A DNA stretch of 64,000 nt from Mobula hypostoma (GCF_963921235.1 NC_086108.1:67396001-67460000), one strand, 5' to 3'. Numbered from the stretch's first letter, positions 12,940 through 26,900 are shown. Notes: generated by a model not told the origin, from the letters alone. Made by a program: numbers and translations.

Positions 12940-15378
12940 CATATACCCACGAACTTGGCCTCCACCGCAGTCTGTGCCAGAGCATTCCACAGATTCACTA
13001 CTTTCAGGCTGAACAAATTCCTCCTTAACTCTGTTCTAACAGGTCACCTCTCAATTTTGAGGCTGTGCCCTTTAGTTCTGGATACCCCGACCAGAGGAAA
13101 CATACTCTCCATATCCACCTTATCTAATTCTTTCAACATTTCAAAGGTTTCAATGAGATCTCCCTGCATTCTTCTAAATTCCAGTGAGTACAGGCCCAAA
13201 ACTGCCCACCCTCCTCATAGGTTAACCCCTTCTTTCCTGGAATCATCCTCGTGAACCTCCTCTGGACTCTCTTCAATGATAACACATTTTTCCTGAGATA
13301 TGGGGCCCAAAACTGTTGACAATACTCAATGTGCAGCCTGACTAGTGACTTATAAAGCTTCAGCATTATCCTCTTGTTTTTATATTCTATTCCCTTTGAA
13401 ACAAATGACAACATTGCACTTGTCCTCTTTACCACAGACTCAACCTGCAAATTAACTTTCTGAGAGTCCTGAACAAGGACTCCTAAGTCCCTCTGCACCT
13501 CTGATGTTTGAATTTTCTCTGCATTTAAATAACAGTCTGCACTATTGTTCCTTTTACCAAAGAGCATTATCATACATTTCCCAACACTGCATTCCATCTG
13601 TTATTTTTGCCCATTCTTCCAATTTGTCTAAGTTCTGCTGCAATCGCACTACCTCAGCACTACATAGCCCTCCACCTATCTTTGTATCATCTGCAAAATT
13701 TGCCACAAAACCATCAATACCATGATCTAAGCAGCACATACAAAATACTGGAGGAACTCAGCAGGCTAGGCAGCATTTATAGAAAAAAGTACAGTCGACG
13801 TTTCGAGCTGAGACCCTTTGGCAGGACTGGAGAGAAAAAAGCTGAGGGGTAGATTTAAAAGGTTGGGGGAAGGGGAGAGAGAAACACAAGGTGATAGGTG
13901 AAGCTTGAAGGGGGCGGGATGAAGTAAAGAGTTGAGAAGTTGATTGGTGAAAGAGATACAGGGCTGGTAAGGAGGGAGTATGATAGGAGAGGACAGAAGG
14001 CCATGGAAGAAAGAAAAGGGGGGAGGAGCACCAGAGGGAGGTGATGGGCAGGCAAGGAGAAAGGTGAGAGAGGTAAAAGGGGATGGGAAATGGTGAAGGA
14101 GTGGAAGAGGGCATTACTGGAAATTAAAGAAATCCACTAACTAAATCATTTGCAAACAGCATGAAAAATAGCAGTCCCAATACTGCCCCCTGAGGAACAC
14201 CACTGGTCACTGGCAGCCAGCTAGAAAAGACCCTCTTTATTTCCACTCAGTACCTCCTGCCTGTCAGTATTTCCTCTATCCATGCCAGTATCTTTCCCGT
14301 AACACCGTAGGATTTTACCTTGTTAAGCAGCCTCATGTGAGGCACCTTATCAAACGCCTTCTGAAAATCTAAGTAAGTGACATCCAATGCCTCTCCTTTG
14401 TTCTGCTTGTTACTTCCTCAAAGAATTCTAACAGATTGTCAGCCAAGATTTCCCCTTACAGAAACCCATGCTGACTTTGACTTATTTTTATCATTAGTCT
14501 CCAAGTACCCCCAAATCTAGTCCTTAATAACAGACTCCAATGCTTCCCCAACAACTGAGATTAGGCTAACCGGCCTATAATTTCCTCTCTTTTGTCTTCT
14601 TCCCTTCTTAAAGAGTGGAGTGACATTTGCAATTTTCTAGTCCTCCGGGATCATGCCAGAATCGAGTGATTCTTGAAAGATCATGATCAATGCATCTGTT
14701 AACTCTTCAGCAACCTCTCTCAAGATTCTGGGATGTAGTCCATTTGGCCCAGGTGACCTGTCCATCTTAAGATCTTTGAGATTGTGTAGCACTTTTTCAT
14801 TTGTATTAGCAGTGGCACTCACTCCTGCTCCATGACACTCACGGACTTCTGGCACACTGCTAGTGTCTTCTACAGTAAAGACTGAAGCAGAGTACTTATT
14901 AAGTTCATCTGATGTTTCTTTGTCCCCCATTACTACCTCACCAGCATCATTTTCCAGTGATCTAATACCAACTCTCATCTTCCTTTTATTCTTTATTTAA
15001 CTAAAAATCTTTTAGTACCCTGCTTTGTATTATTGGCTAGTTTGCCCTCATATTTAATCTTTTCCCTTCTTATAGCTCTTTTAGTTGCCTTTTGTTGGTT
15101 TTTAAAAACTACTCAGTCATCGAACTTTCCACTCACTTTTGCTACCTTATATGTCCTTTCTTTGGCTTTTATACAGTCCTTAACTTCCGTTGTCAGCCAC
15201 AGTTGCCTACCCCTGCCATTTGAAAACTTCTTCCATGGGACGTATCTATCCTGAACTACTTCCAGAAATTTCAGCCACCTTTGTTCTGTCGTCATCCCCT
15301 CCAATCCACCTGGGCAAGCTCCTCTCTCATACCTCTGGAATTCCCTTTATTCCATTGCAATACTGATACATGTGATTA
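12940..15378 (-). mobile_element. Decayed CR1 LINE interrupted by a PLE tail
   Basis: ORFs 13133-13597, 13554-13739 (NFADDTK), 14637-14978 (SPGPNGLHPRIL). Confidence 0.9.
13731..14130 (-). mobile_element. PLE 3' repeat fragment
   Basis: Antisense homologue of 37390-37730, with pyrimidine-rich tract and hammerhead-like ...GAAACGTCGACTG; degenerate ~14-bp TSD. Confidence 0.8.
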
Positions 15379-16889
15379 AAAATACTGTTTCTAAATATGA
15401 AGGTAAAATGAAGTTTGAGGGATAATTACCTCCACATATTCTTGCAGCTACTTCTAGATCTAAATTTCTTATTCAAGAAAACTCTACACACCTTAGCCTC
15501 TATTCATTTGTGAAGCCCTCTCTCATTTTAACCTGTGTCCACATTCAAATTCCATCCCTACCTGTCCCTGCCCACAGTCTTTTGGAGGATATCCTTAGAT
15601 ACTACCTCTATTTTGTGAAATTCATCCAGGCTCTCCACACAGACAGGAATGGTGCAAGCAACTGAGACTCTCCCAGCTCACTACCAAAAAGTGAAAATCC
15701 ATATTCTATTGATTAAACACAAGTTAGCAACATGTTTCTTTATGGAATCCATGTTTTATATTCACAATAATTGCTTTAAAATTTCATTTCAAGTCAAAGA
15801 GTTTTTTAAAAAGGTGAAATTTTACTCAGATGCTACATGACCTATTGAGTTCCACTAGCAGATTACTTGTCGAAAACTTAAATAAATGTGTATATTGATT
15901 CAATTGATCAGCTTCAACAAGAACTACACTTCAAAGTTATTAAATGTATCTAAAATATGTTGATGACTTTGGATGGTACTCCATGGATGTAAACTCATCA
16001 TTGGTGAGAGGATTTCAAGCCCACCATCAAGTATTAAAATGATAAAATGTACCACATGGACCAGGTGATTCTTTCAGTTTGTAGTCTAAATACAGGTTCC
16101 TGTCTGACAGCTCAGTTAATGCTACGTAGGGAAACAAGAGTGAATGGATATAAATTCTCCTCCATCAGATATTCAGATTCAAGATGCAACCAACAGTTCT
16201 ACAATGAGAAGATAGTGCCTTAACAATACAATCTAATCTGTTTGGCATGAATTTACTATTTGAAAGTACTATATTTCAACCATGTTGACTATTAATCAAA
16301 CTAATTGAAAGATACTACGTAATAAATGTAAAATGGTTTCCTATTGAAGATTTGTCCTCTCATGTTCATATAATTATGTCAGAAATGCAATGATTCCTTT
16401 TTGTTTTCCCACATCATTATTCTCACCATACTTTTTCCATTCTTGCATATGTGCTGAAACCACAAGGAGACATAACATCCCATGGTCGACAGGAACTGAT
16501 GCAGACACCACCACAGAGGGAAATGATGAGCAGTCAGCCCCAAGCTTATCACCACATCTGGATTTAGCACAGTACAACTGCCTTCCAGTTTTAAGTTATT
16601 ACAACACAGCAACAAGTAATTAATCTCATAGAAATTCTCTGTGAAACATGCAACAAAGTTAAAAAAAATTGATACTTTAGTAATGGAACCTTAATGTTTG
16701 GATGGCGCAGCACCTATAAACAATCTGTCGAGCTTTTCCAAAACTCTGCTGTGTGTGTCCTAACTCACACCATCTCCTCGCCACGCATCAGCCCAGAGCT
16801 GACTGTAAGAGGGCAATCAGTGGGATAAAGGAGGCCTTTTTCAGTTGGCTGCTGGTAACTAATGGTATTCTGTGGTGGGGGGGGGGGTC

Positions 16890-17531
16890 GTCGTCGTCAT
16901 GGCTATCACTCAAGGTCTAGGATGATGGCCTTCATTCTATTGATCTACTTATGGGCTCTCAAGTGGCTTATGAGTCCAACCATGGCTTTGAAAGTTCTTC
17001 CGCATTCAGGACAGGTAGTTCCAGATGGCAGATTGGGCTTTGGTTGTTGCTGCCTCTCTTTCCATTTTCTTCTCTCTTCTTCTAATTCTGCACATCTGTT
17101 GACTTCAAAAGTTGCTGTTCCTTCTCGGATGATGGCTTGCCAGAGTTTCCTGTCCTTGGCATTGGTTTCCCAATTGTTGATGTCGATGTAACATTTCTTC
17201 ATGTCCCAATGCTCCTGTATGCATCAGAAACCTGGAGAACATACCGACGACACCTGAAGGCACTTGAAAAGTTCCACCAACGCTGTCTTTGAAACATCTT
17301 AGATATCAGCCGGGAAGATAGAAGAACCAACATTAGCATGCTAAATGAAGCAAAAACAACAAGCATTGAAGCCTACGTCATCAAGAACCAACTAAGATGG
17401 AGCGGTCATATTGTTCGGATGAAAGACGAACGTCTGCTGAAACAAATCTTCTACTCCCAGCTTAAAGAAGGCAAATGTAAAAGTGGTGGACAACAGAAGA
17501 GATTCAAAGATGTCTTAAAAGCCAACATGAA
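16890..17531 (-). mobile_element. RTE-clade LINE 3' fragment with 5' inversion
   Basis: Minus arm ORF 16945-17202 ends in C2H2 finger CPECGRTF..HLRAH, then a (GAC)n tail; plus arm LLYASETW...QLRWSGH...KRFKDVLKANMK; TSD GGGGGGGTC at 16881-16889 and 17532-17540. Confidence 0.9.
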
Positions 17532-17889
17532 GGGGGGGTCCACTACTTTTCATGTTATATGACAAATATGATAATGATCTAGATGGTGGAATTGATCCCT
17601 TTCCGGCCAAGTCTGTTAATGATGCAAAGATAGGTGGAGGGCAGATAGTACTGAAGAAACAGGGAGTCTGTGGAAAGATTTGGATAGATTAGGACATTGG
17701 GCAAAGAAGTCACAGATAGAATACAGTGTAGAGAAGTTCACAATCATGCAGTTTGGTGGGAGGAATAAAGGCTTAGACTATCTTCTGAACAGGGAGTGAA
17801 TTCAGAAATTGTAAGGGAAAAGGGACTTGGAAGTCCCTAGTGCAGGACTTTCTAAAGGTTAACTTGTAGGTTGAGTTAGTGGTAGGAGG

Positions 17890-18952
17890 GATTATACCAG
17901 ATCCAGAACTGGCTTGAGAAGGCAAAGAGTGGTTGTAGACGGGTCATATTCTGCATGGAGGTCGGTGACTAGTGGTGTGCCTCAGGGATCTGTTCTGGGA
18001 CCCCTACTCGTCGTGATTTTTATAAATGACATGGACGAGGAAGTGGAGGGATGGGTTAGTAAGTTTGCTGATGACACAAAGGTTGGCGGTGTTGTGGAGA
18101 GCTGTCAGAGGTTACAGCGGAACATTGATAGGTTGCAACACTAGGCTGAGAAGTGGCAGATGGAGTTCAACCCAGATAAGTGTGAAGTGGTTCATTTTGG
18201 TAAGTCAAGTATGATGGCAGAATATAGTATTAATGATAAGATTCTTGGCAGTGGGAGGATCAGAGGGATCTTGGGGTCTGAGTCCATAAGACATTCAAAA
18301 CAGCTGCACAGGTTGACTCTGTAGTTAAGAAGGCATACAGTGTATTGGCCTTCATTAATCGTGGTATTGAATTTAGGAGCCGAGAGGTAATGCTGCAGCT
18401 ATATAGGACCCTGGTCAGACCCCACTTAGAGTACTGTGCTCAGTTCTGGTCGCCTCACTACAGGAAAGACGTGGAAGCCATTGGAAGGGTGCAGAGATTT
18501 ACAAGGATGTTGCCTGGATTGGGGAGCATGCCTCATGAAAACAGGTTGAGTGAACTCAGCCTTTTCTCCTTGGAGCAACGGAGGATGAGAGGTGACCTGA
18601 TAGAGGTGTATAAGATGATGAGAGGTATTGATCGTGTGAATAGTCAGAGGCTTTTTCCCAGGGCTGAAACGGTTGCCACAAGAGGACACAAGCTTCAGGT
18701 GCTGGGGAGTAGGTACAGAGGAGATGTCAGGAGTAAGTTTTTTACTCAGAGAGTGGTGAGTGCGTGGAATGGGCTGCTGGCAATGGTGGTGGAGGCAGGT
18801 ACGATTGGGCCTTTTAAGAGACTTTTGGATAGGTACATGGAGCTTAGAAAAATAGAGGGTTATTGGTCAGCCTAGTAATTTGTACAGACATGTTCAGCAC
18901 AACTTTGTGAGCCGAAGGGCCTGTATTGTGCTGTAGGTTTTCTATGTTTCTA
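17890..18952 (+). mobile_element. Younger 5'-truncated CR1 LINE
   Basis: ORFs 17914-18144 ([17 protein letters not shown]) and 18345-18875; tail tttctatgtttcta. Confidence 0.92.
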
Positions 18953-20094
18953 CACAATGTTAGCATTTATTTCCAGAGGACGTTTTGGGCCAAATGTCTA
19001 AGAGAGGAAGTGGTGGCATTGGAGAGGTTTTGGAGGAGTTCACAAGAATGATCCTGGGAATGAAAAGATTAATGTATAAGGAGTGTTTATTGGCTGTGGA
19101 TAAGTACTCCCTGGAGTTTAAAGAATGAGGGAGGATCTCATAGAAACCTACAGAATTTTGAAAGGCTTAGATAGAGTGGATGTGGTGAGGATATTTCTAA
19201 AAGTGAAAGAGTCTAGAATCAGAGGGTGGAATCTCAGAATAGAAGGATGTGTCTTTAAAGCAGAGATGTGGAGGAAGCTTTTTAATTAGAGGGTGGTGAA
19301 TCTATAGAATTCATTGTCACAGATAGCCATGGAGGCCAAGTCCTCAGGTATTTTTAAAGCAGAAGTTGAAAAGTTCTTGATTAGTAAGTGTGTCAAAGGG
19401 CATGGGGAGAAAGCAGCAGAATGGGGTTGAGGGGAAAATCAGTTAGACTAGATAAAATCAGAGCAGACTTGATGGGCCAAATTGCCTAATTCTGCTCTTT
19501 TGTCTTATGGTCTTATGCTCACTGACCTACATTAATTTCTATCCCAGATATACCTTAATATGAAATTCCTAATCTTCTCTTTCCAACCACTGCATTGCCT
19601 TGCCCTTCCCATTTCTGTAATCACTCATCCCACCCCACAAGCCAACAAGCTATTAATGACTGACTACATTAAATCTCATTGTTACTCCAATAATACCTCA
19701 GCCCCCATGCCTGAAAATCCCTTTCTAAAGCTCCTCATCTTTTTTATTTTACCATCTTCCTGTAGCACACTCCTTAAAACACCCTTTGGTCATTTTGAAT
19801 ATTTCTCCTCATATCTTTGTCTGTAGCTTGATATCAACGTTGGTTTAACAGTACACCTGTGAAGCACATTGCTGTGTTGATTTTGCTGTAAAAATATAAA
19901 TCATTGTTGTTGATGTCTTTATTCTGTCACACACACATTATTTTACAAGGAAATGTATTAATTAGGAGTTTACAAAGCATAAAAAGTGCACAGAATACAT
20001 TTAATCTAAGTTAGTGCATCTACTTATGCTGATTCTAGACCAAGCCTATCTTATTCTCCTATGTTTGCATCAGCTTCTTCAGTTCTCTCTATCT

Positions 20095-20265
20095 GATCCT
20101 ACCAGCCAGCTACACACTGGGACTACTTACAGGGTAGAGTTAACATCCAGCCCACTTACCCTTGGAAAACCTTCAGAAGAGTGTGCAAACCCCACACTGA
20201 TAGCAACTGAGGTTATAACTGGTTCATGAAGCTGAAGTCCTGAGACGGCAGTTCTACTAGCTTCT
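20095..20265 (-). mobile_element. Decayed V-SINE (HE1-like)
   Basis: 'gtgtgcaaaccccacactgatagcaactgagg' resembles the antisense V-SINE central domain. Confidence 0.4.
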
Positions 20266-21125
20266 AAAAACATGTTTATCTCCTACATTTTCCAGCTCTG
20301 TTAAAAGTTAATACGTTGAAACACTGAGCTAGTTCACTTTAGGTTCCCATGGGTTCCTTGCTGCCTCAGTAACCCTCTATGGTCATGTGGCTCCTATGAA
20401 GCAGACTGATCCGTGATCGTTGTGTAGGCCCCAGTAGGTGAATCTCTCAGTCTGCACCACCAAACAGTCTTAACGGCTTGTTGGGAAAGAAGGTCTTTAT
20501 CACTACTTCAGAATGTTCAATTCAGAAACAGTTCAAGTATATATAAAGAAATACAAAAGTAAATACTTATTCAAAAATATACTTATAAAATGTTTACCTC
20601 ATGTGAGTTAATTAAAATATTATCAGTCTATAAAAGGAAACAAGCATACCATTTAACTTTGTTTGCAGTTTTAAAGATGACGAATTTTGCTTAAATGCTA
20701 GTGATATCAGGCAATAATGTTGAGAGGGCAGACCAATTCTATGCAATTGGAAATCCCTATTGGATCATATCAAATCATCAAATCCGAAAGCACTGATGCG
20801 GAAGCCCAGAAAGCACATTACAGTTAGCCAGTAGTTCCCTGCATTTACATAGCAGTCAGCTGAAAGCATCAATATAATCCTGCTGATACACTCCATCTTG
20901 ATATTAGTATTGCTATTGGTTTATTATTATTGAGATACAATGAAAAGCTTGTCTTGCACATAGATCAGATCATTACACTGCGTATTGAGACAGTATGAGT
21001 TAAAACAGTAACAGAATGTGGAATGAAGTGTAACAGCTATGGAGAAAGTGCAATGCAGGTAAACAATGAGGTGCAAGATCATAACTGGGTAAATTGTGAC
21101 ATCAAGAGTCCAAATTATCATATTA

Positions 21126-23703
21126 AACATAGAACGTAGAACATAGAAAACCTACAGCACAATACACAAAGCTGTGCCAAACATGTCCTTACCTTAGACC
21201 AACCCAGGCTTACCATAGCCCTCTATTTTTCTAAGCTCCATGTACCTATCCAGGAGTCTCCTAAAAGACCCTATCGTTTCCACCTCCACCACCGCTGATG
21301 GCAGCATATTCCACACACTCACCACTCTCTGCGTAAAAAACTTACCCCTGACATCTCCTCTCTACATTCTTCCAAGCACCTTAAAATTGTGCCCTCTTGT
21401 GCTGGCCATTTCAGCCCTGGGAAAAAGCCTCTGACTACCCACACAATCAATGCCTCTCATTATCTTAGACATTTCTATCAGGTCACCTCTCATCCTCCGT
21501 CGCTCCAAGGAGAAAAGGCCGAGTTCACTCAACCTATTCTCATAAGGCATGCTCCCCAATCCAGGCAATATCCTTGTAAACAACACACATAAAAGTTGCT
21601 GGTGAACACAGCAGGCCAGGCAGCGTCTATAGGAAGAGGTACAGTCGACGCTTTGGGCTGAGACCTTTCGTCTTTTCAGTTAGTCCTTACGAAGGGTCTC
21701 GGCCCGAAACATCGACTGTACCTCTTCCTATAAATGTTGCCTGGCTTGCTGCGTTCACCAGCAACTTTTATGTGTGTTGCATGAAATTCCAGCATCTGCA
21801 GATTTCCTCATGTTTGCGTTTTCAAATATCCTTGTAAATCTCCTCTGCACCCTTTCTATGGTTTCCACATCCATCCTGTAGCGAGGCAACCAGAATTAAG
21901 CACAGTACTCCAAGTGGGTCTGACCAGGGTCCTATAAAGCTGCAACCTTACCTTTTGGCTCTTGAACTCAGTCCCACGGTTGATGAAGGCCAATGCACCA
22001 TACGCCTTCTTGACCACAGAGTCAACCTGCGCAGAAGCTTTCAGTGCCATATGGACCCAGACGTCAAGATCCCTTTGAACCTCCACACTACCAAAAGTCT
22101 TACCATTAATGCTACATTCTGCCATCGTGTTCGACCTACCAAAATGAACCACCTCACACTTATCTGGGTTGAACTCCATCCGCCACTTCTCAGCCCAGTT
22201 TTGCATCCTATCAATGTCCCGCTGTAACCCCTGACAGCCCTCCACACTATCCACAACACCCTCAACATTCGTGTCATCAGCAAATTTACTAACCCATCCC
22301 TCCACATCCTCATCCAGGGTCATTTATAAAAATCACAAAGAGTAGGGGTCCCAGAACAGATCCTTGAGGCACTCCACTGGTCACCAGTCTCCATGCAGAA
22401 TATGACCTGTCTACAACCACTCTTTGCCTTCTGTGGGCAAGCCAGTTCTGGATCCACAAAGCAATACCCCCTTGGATCTCAGGCATACTTTCTCAATAAA
22501 ACTTGCATGGGGTACCTTGTCAAATGCCTTGCTGGAATTCATATACACTACATCTATGGCTCTACCTTCATCAATGTGTTTAGTCAGATCCTCAAAAAAT
22601 TCAATCAGGCTCGTAAGGCACGACTTGCCTTTGACAAAGCCATGCTGACTATTTCTAATCATATTATGCCTCTCCAAATGTTCATAAATCCGGCCTCCCA
22701 GGATCTTCTCCATCAACTTACCAACCACTGAAGTAAGACTCACTGGTCTATTATTCCTTGGGCTATCTCTAGTCCCTTTCTTGAATAAGGAAACAGCATC
22801 CACAACCCTCCAATCCTCCAGAACCTCTCCCATTCTCATTGATGATGCGAAGATCATCACCAGAGGCTCAGCAATCTCCTCCGTTGCTTCCCACAGTAGC
22901 CTGGGGTACATCCCATCCAGTCCGGTGACTTACCCAAGTTGATGCTTTCCAAAAGCTCCACCACGTCCTCTTCTTTAATATCTACATGCTCAAGCTTTTC
23001 ACTCTGCTGCAAGTCATCCCTATAATCACCAAGATCCTTTTCTGTAGCGAATACTGAAACAAAGTATTCATTAAGTACCTCTGCTATCTCCTTCGGTTCC
23101 ATACACACTATTCCACTCTCACACTTGATTGGTCCTATTCTCTTGATTGGTCTTATCCCCTTGCTCTTCACAAACTTGTAGAATGACTTGGGGTTTTTCT
23201 TAATCCTATCCGCCAAGGCCTTCTCATGGCCCCTTCTGACTCTCCTAATTTCATTCTTAAGCTCCTTCCTGCTAGTCTTATAATCTTCAAGATCTCTATC
23301 ATTACCTAGTTTTTTAAACCTTTCATAAGCTCTTTTCATCTTGACTAGATTTACAACAGCCTTTGTACACCACAGTTCCTATACCCTACCAACCGTTCCC
23401 TGTCTCATCGGAACGTACCTATGCAGAAACCCACAAAAAAAATCCCCTGAACATTTGCCACATTTCTTCCGTACGTTCCCCTGAGAACGCCTGTTTCCAA
23501 TTTATGCTTCCAAGTTCCTGCCCGATAGCCTCATATTTCGCTTTACTCCAATTAAATGTTTCCCTAACTTGTCTGTTCCTATCCCTCTCCAATGCAGTGG
23601 TAAAGGAGATAGAATTGTGATCAGTATCTCCAAAATGCTCTCCCACTGACAGACCTGACACCTGACTAAGTTCATTTCCTAATACCAGCTCAAGTACAGC
23701 CTC
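21126..23703 (-). mobile_element. CR1 LINE, 5'-truncated
   Basis: ORFs 23419-23661 (GDTDHN endonuclease end), 22857-23339, 22411-22911, 21856-22323 (KFADDT); tail aacatagaacgtagaacataga. Confidence 0.93.
21581..21824. mobile_element. Palindromic mini-PLE insertion
   Basis: 14-bp TSD AATATCCTTGTAAA at 21567-21580 and 21825-21838; inverted arms ~21581-21672 and ~21689-21779. Confidence 0.88.
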
Positions 23704-23848
23704 AAATACATAACTACTTGATAATTTATCTCAGTGGGACAGAAACTGTCTTTCAGCCTGGTGGTAAGTGCTTTCAGACTTTTGAAACTTCTGCTCATTG
23801 GGAGGGGAATGAAGAGAGAATGTCCAGGGTAGGTGGGTTTTTGATAAT

Positions 23849-23970
23849 CCCTTACTCACTCTTCCTTCAGTTAGTCCTGACGAAGGGTCTCGGCCTGAAA
23901 CATCGACTGCACCTCTTCCTAGAGATGCTGCCAGGCCTGCTGCGTTCACCAGCAACTTTGATGTGTGTTG
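23849..23970 (+). mobile_element. Short PLE terminal-repeat insertion with minimal hammerhead motif
   Basis: TTTTGATAAT duplicated at 23839-23848 and 23971-23980; agtc-CTGACGA-agggtctcggcct-GAAAC-atc-gact. Confidence 0.82.
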
Positions 23971-26900
23971 TTTTGATAATGCTAGTTGCTTTACTGAGGC
24001 AGCGAAAAGTACAGACAGACTCTGTAGCGGGAAGGCTAGTTTTTCTGATATGCTGAGCAGTCCACAGTCTCTGCAGTTTCTTGCAGTCACACTCAGAGCA
24101 GTTGCCATACCAGGTTGTTATGCATCACTTAGGTTGTTTTCTATGGTGCATCAATAAAATTGGTAAGGGCCAATTGAGGAACTAGAGGCATTGGTGAGCT
24201 TTCTTGGCCGTGACGTTGACATGGTTGGACCAGGTTGGACAAGCTATTGGTCATGTTTACTCCTTGGAACGTGAACCTCTCACCCTTCTCAGCTTCAACA
24301 CTGTTGATGTAGTTGGGAACATATGCACCGTTTCCCTTTGCTGAAGTCACTGACCAGCTCTTTTGTTCTGTTCCTTTCTCCACAAAAGTTGCTTGAGTGT
24401 TTCTGGTAATTTTGTTTTTTACTTAAGAAGCTGGGTGAGAGTCACCTTGCAATGCAGTGTCATTAGATGCACATTATGGAGGCAGCAAAGGACTGGGTGT
24501 ATTAGTCTGAGTCAGCAAGTGCTGATAGTTCCCAAAGCTGCTGATCATGTTGATGATTAGGTTACACAAATTTACAATTTTTACCACAAGGAATTATTTT
24601 TATATTTTCAATAGACTGCAAAGCTCTTGTTCTTAATTAGCTTTGTGCCCATTATCTTGTTACAGGAGAACATCTAAGACATGAAGTGATGTGGATTATA
24701 AAGCAGAAACAAAAGGTGGGAATATTAATTAGCAGTAGATGTTGAGGTTTTTACAGGAGTCAGACTGATAAACAAACCTCATATTCATCTTCAGACTGGT
24801 ATGCCCACCTGGTTGCATTTTTGAATAAGCTCCTCCCAAATTTAGGGATGAGACTTCTTTGAGTATATAAAAGCCAGTTGAAAAAGAGTGCACATCCTTG
24901 GAAGGTGGATTGCGTTCACTTCTTCCAGGTTCCTTTCAGATATTAGTATGAGAAACATGTGAGACCCTAGCCTACTGTGAGCTTCTCTAGAGACAGTGGT
25001 GGATGAGGTAAGGATATATTCTTTCCTAACATAGTGAAAACCCACATAGAGGTATTATCCCACTGCTGTATTGCATTAGACTTCCCAACAGATTTGGTAT
25101 AAAGTACGATGGAATCAAAGGCTGAAGTGGATTAGACCTTCAATATGTGAAAACCAGGCTGCACTGAAAATGAAAAGTGCTTTGATTTGTCAAGAATGGA
25201 AGGTGTACAACATTGAATCTCACATGAGTATCCAATAAATATAATCTGAAGATTCCATTGTATTCTTTTCAGCTCTTCAGCATGAAGTTGGCCAATTTAG
25301 GAATGATTAAAGCTGATATTCAATATTTAAAATGACAGCGTATTTTCTTTCTCAGGAAAACACCTTTCACTTTGCTGCCAGGTACTTTGGCATTTAAAAA
25401 ATAACTTGAAGCTAAACTTAAGAATATTTTTGGTCAACATGGTTTTTACTAGGTATTATGTTAACATGGCTTTTATTTGTACTGGAAGCAGCTTGTCAGG
25501 ATGAAATGGAAGAATATAGCATATGAAATATTAGAAAACTAACATAAGACTAAGTCATTTACCCTTAGACACTGGATTGGGTTCAAAGAACACAGCTGCA
25601 TGAATGGATTCTAGTAGTGTGGTGCTTTACATTAAATATTATGTTCCATCTTTCAGAGCAAGTTCAGTGAAGCTGTTATTCTTAGTCTTGCACTTAATGT
25701 ATGATGGTCCATGAAATTACCCACAGTTTAACATAAACTGCTGCCTTAATGGTTTTCTTATTTACAGTGGCCATGAAGAAAGCTGTGTGAAAAATAAGCA
25801 AAAGTATATTGGTGTAGTGTGAGGAAAGCTCTTTGGAGATTAAGGCTGAGCATAAGAGAGACAGAGTAGCAATGTGCTAAACCTGTAATAAAGTTGTACT
25901 TGGCTTTGGTTGGTTAGCTGGAACAGGAAACTGTGGTAGTTTCCAGCAATAATATTATGTGCTTTGGAAGACGTAGAAATAATCACAAATTATAAAATTA
26001 AGAAGGGTGAAATCTGACTATGTGTTTTGTATAATGAGTATAAAGTCTTGTGGATGGGTACAAACTTTTTATATTGGACTAGAATACTGCATCTATTGGT
26101 TCATCTACGCCAGTATTTGCAATGTTCCAATCCAAGATTAAAAACACAACCCAAATTTAGTTAACAAATCTGCCCAAATTTTATGATGGAAATGTCTTAA
26201 AGTATTTATTTTCCCTCAAAAATTAAGCTTTATAAATATTCATTGAAATGTTATCATGAAGCCGTAAGAATTATACATGTAATTTAGAATTGTTTGTGCA
26301 CGTTCTTCACTGTTCAGAAAGAAATTAATTATTTGTATCATTTATAGATAAGTTTATTCACTCTAAATATTATTCATGCATGAAATACATCCTCATAATT
26401 TCACAAATTAAGGACTAACTGTAAATAAAGCTGGAAGCTTTTCACAACTAAGAGAAGTGTTCAGGCATAGCATTTCTGCTTACTTAAGGTCTTTCAAAAC
26501 AGGAAGTATCTGTTGGAATGTGAGGTAAACAACTTTATAATAAAACTTTTGAATTAATACAGAAGCTGTATTTTGCAAATCAAGTCCCAGAAGCCATACT
26601 GACCTACTCACTAGGCAAATGCCAATGCAGTTGTTGGTTTATTATGCTCTAGAAGGGGTTTCAGTGCCAGAAATGGGACCTACATAAAGTTATCAAAACT
26701 ATTTTACAGCATTATAATATCTAAGGGTATATTTTGCAAAGAGAGGCTTCTGTTGCATGGTTAACTTTCAGCTGTTTTTCTGTTCCTCTTCACCTTTCCG
26801 CTGAGAAACACTTCTCCTACCATGGTACTAATCTCCAGCATTTTTCAAAATTTTCTGCCATTAAGACACTTCCCTTTGCTTCCTAGCTCTATTCCCACTA

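Larger units (their letters stand above)
16806..19516 (+). mobile_element. Older CR1 LINE hosting an RTE and a younger CR1
   Basis: Pieces 16806-16889, 17532-17890 and 18953-19516 are colinear with the CR1 RT C-terminus; tail tcttatggtcttatg. Confidence 0.8.
16700..19912 (+). mobile_element. Ancient L2 LINE 3' fragment split in two (~16700-16805 and ~19517-19912)
   Basis: QNSAxxVLT-like motif on the left; LTDLH...KFLIF...LHCLA on the right; L2-type tail 'cctgtgaagcac...tataaatcattgttgttg'. Confidence 0.55.
20910..24360 (-). mobile_element. Rex1/Babar-like LINE 3' fragment split by CR1 (pieces ~20910-21125 and ~23704-24360)
   Basis: AT-rich 3' UTR with antisense AATAAA on the left; the right piece resembles the Rex1 RT C-terminus also seen at 47900-48400. 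Confidence 0.6.

Noticed and set aside
16374..16623. Three overlapping short ORFs in unique DNA
   Set aside because: No recognisable protein similarity or convincing splice pair
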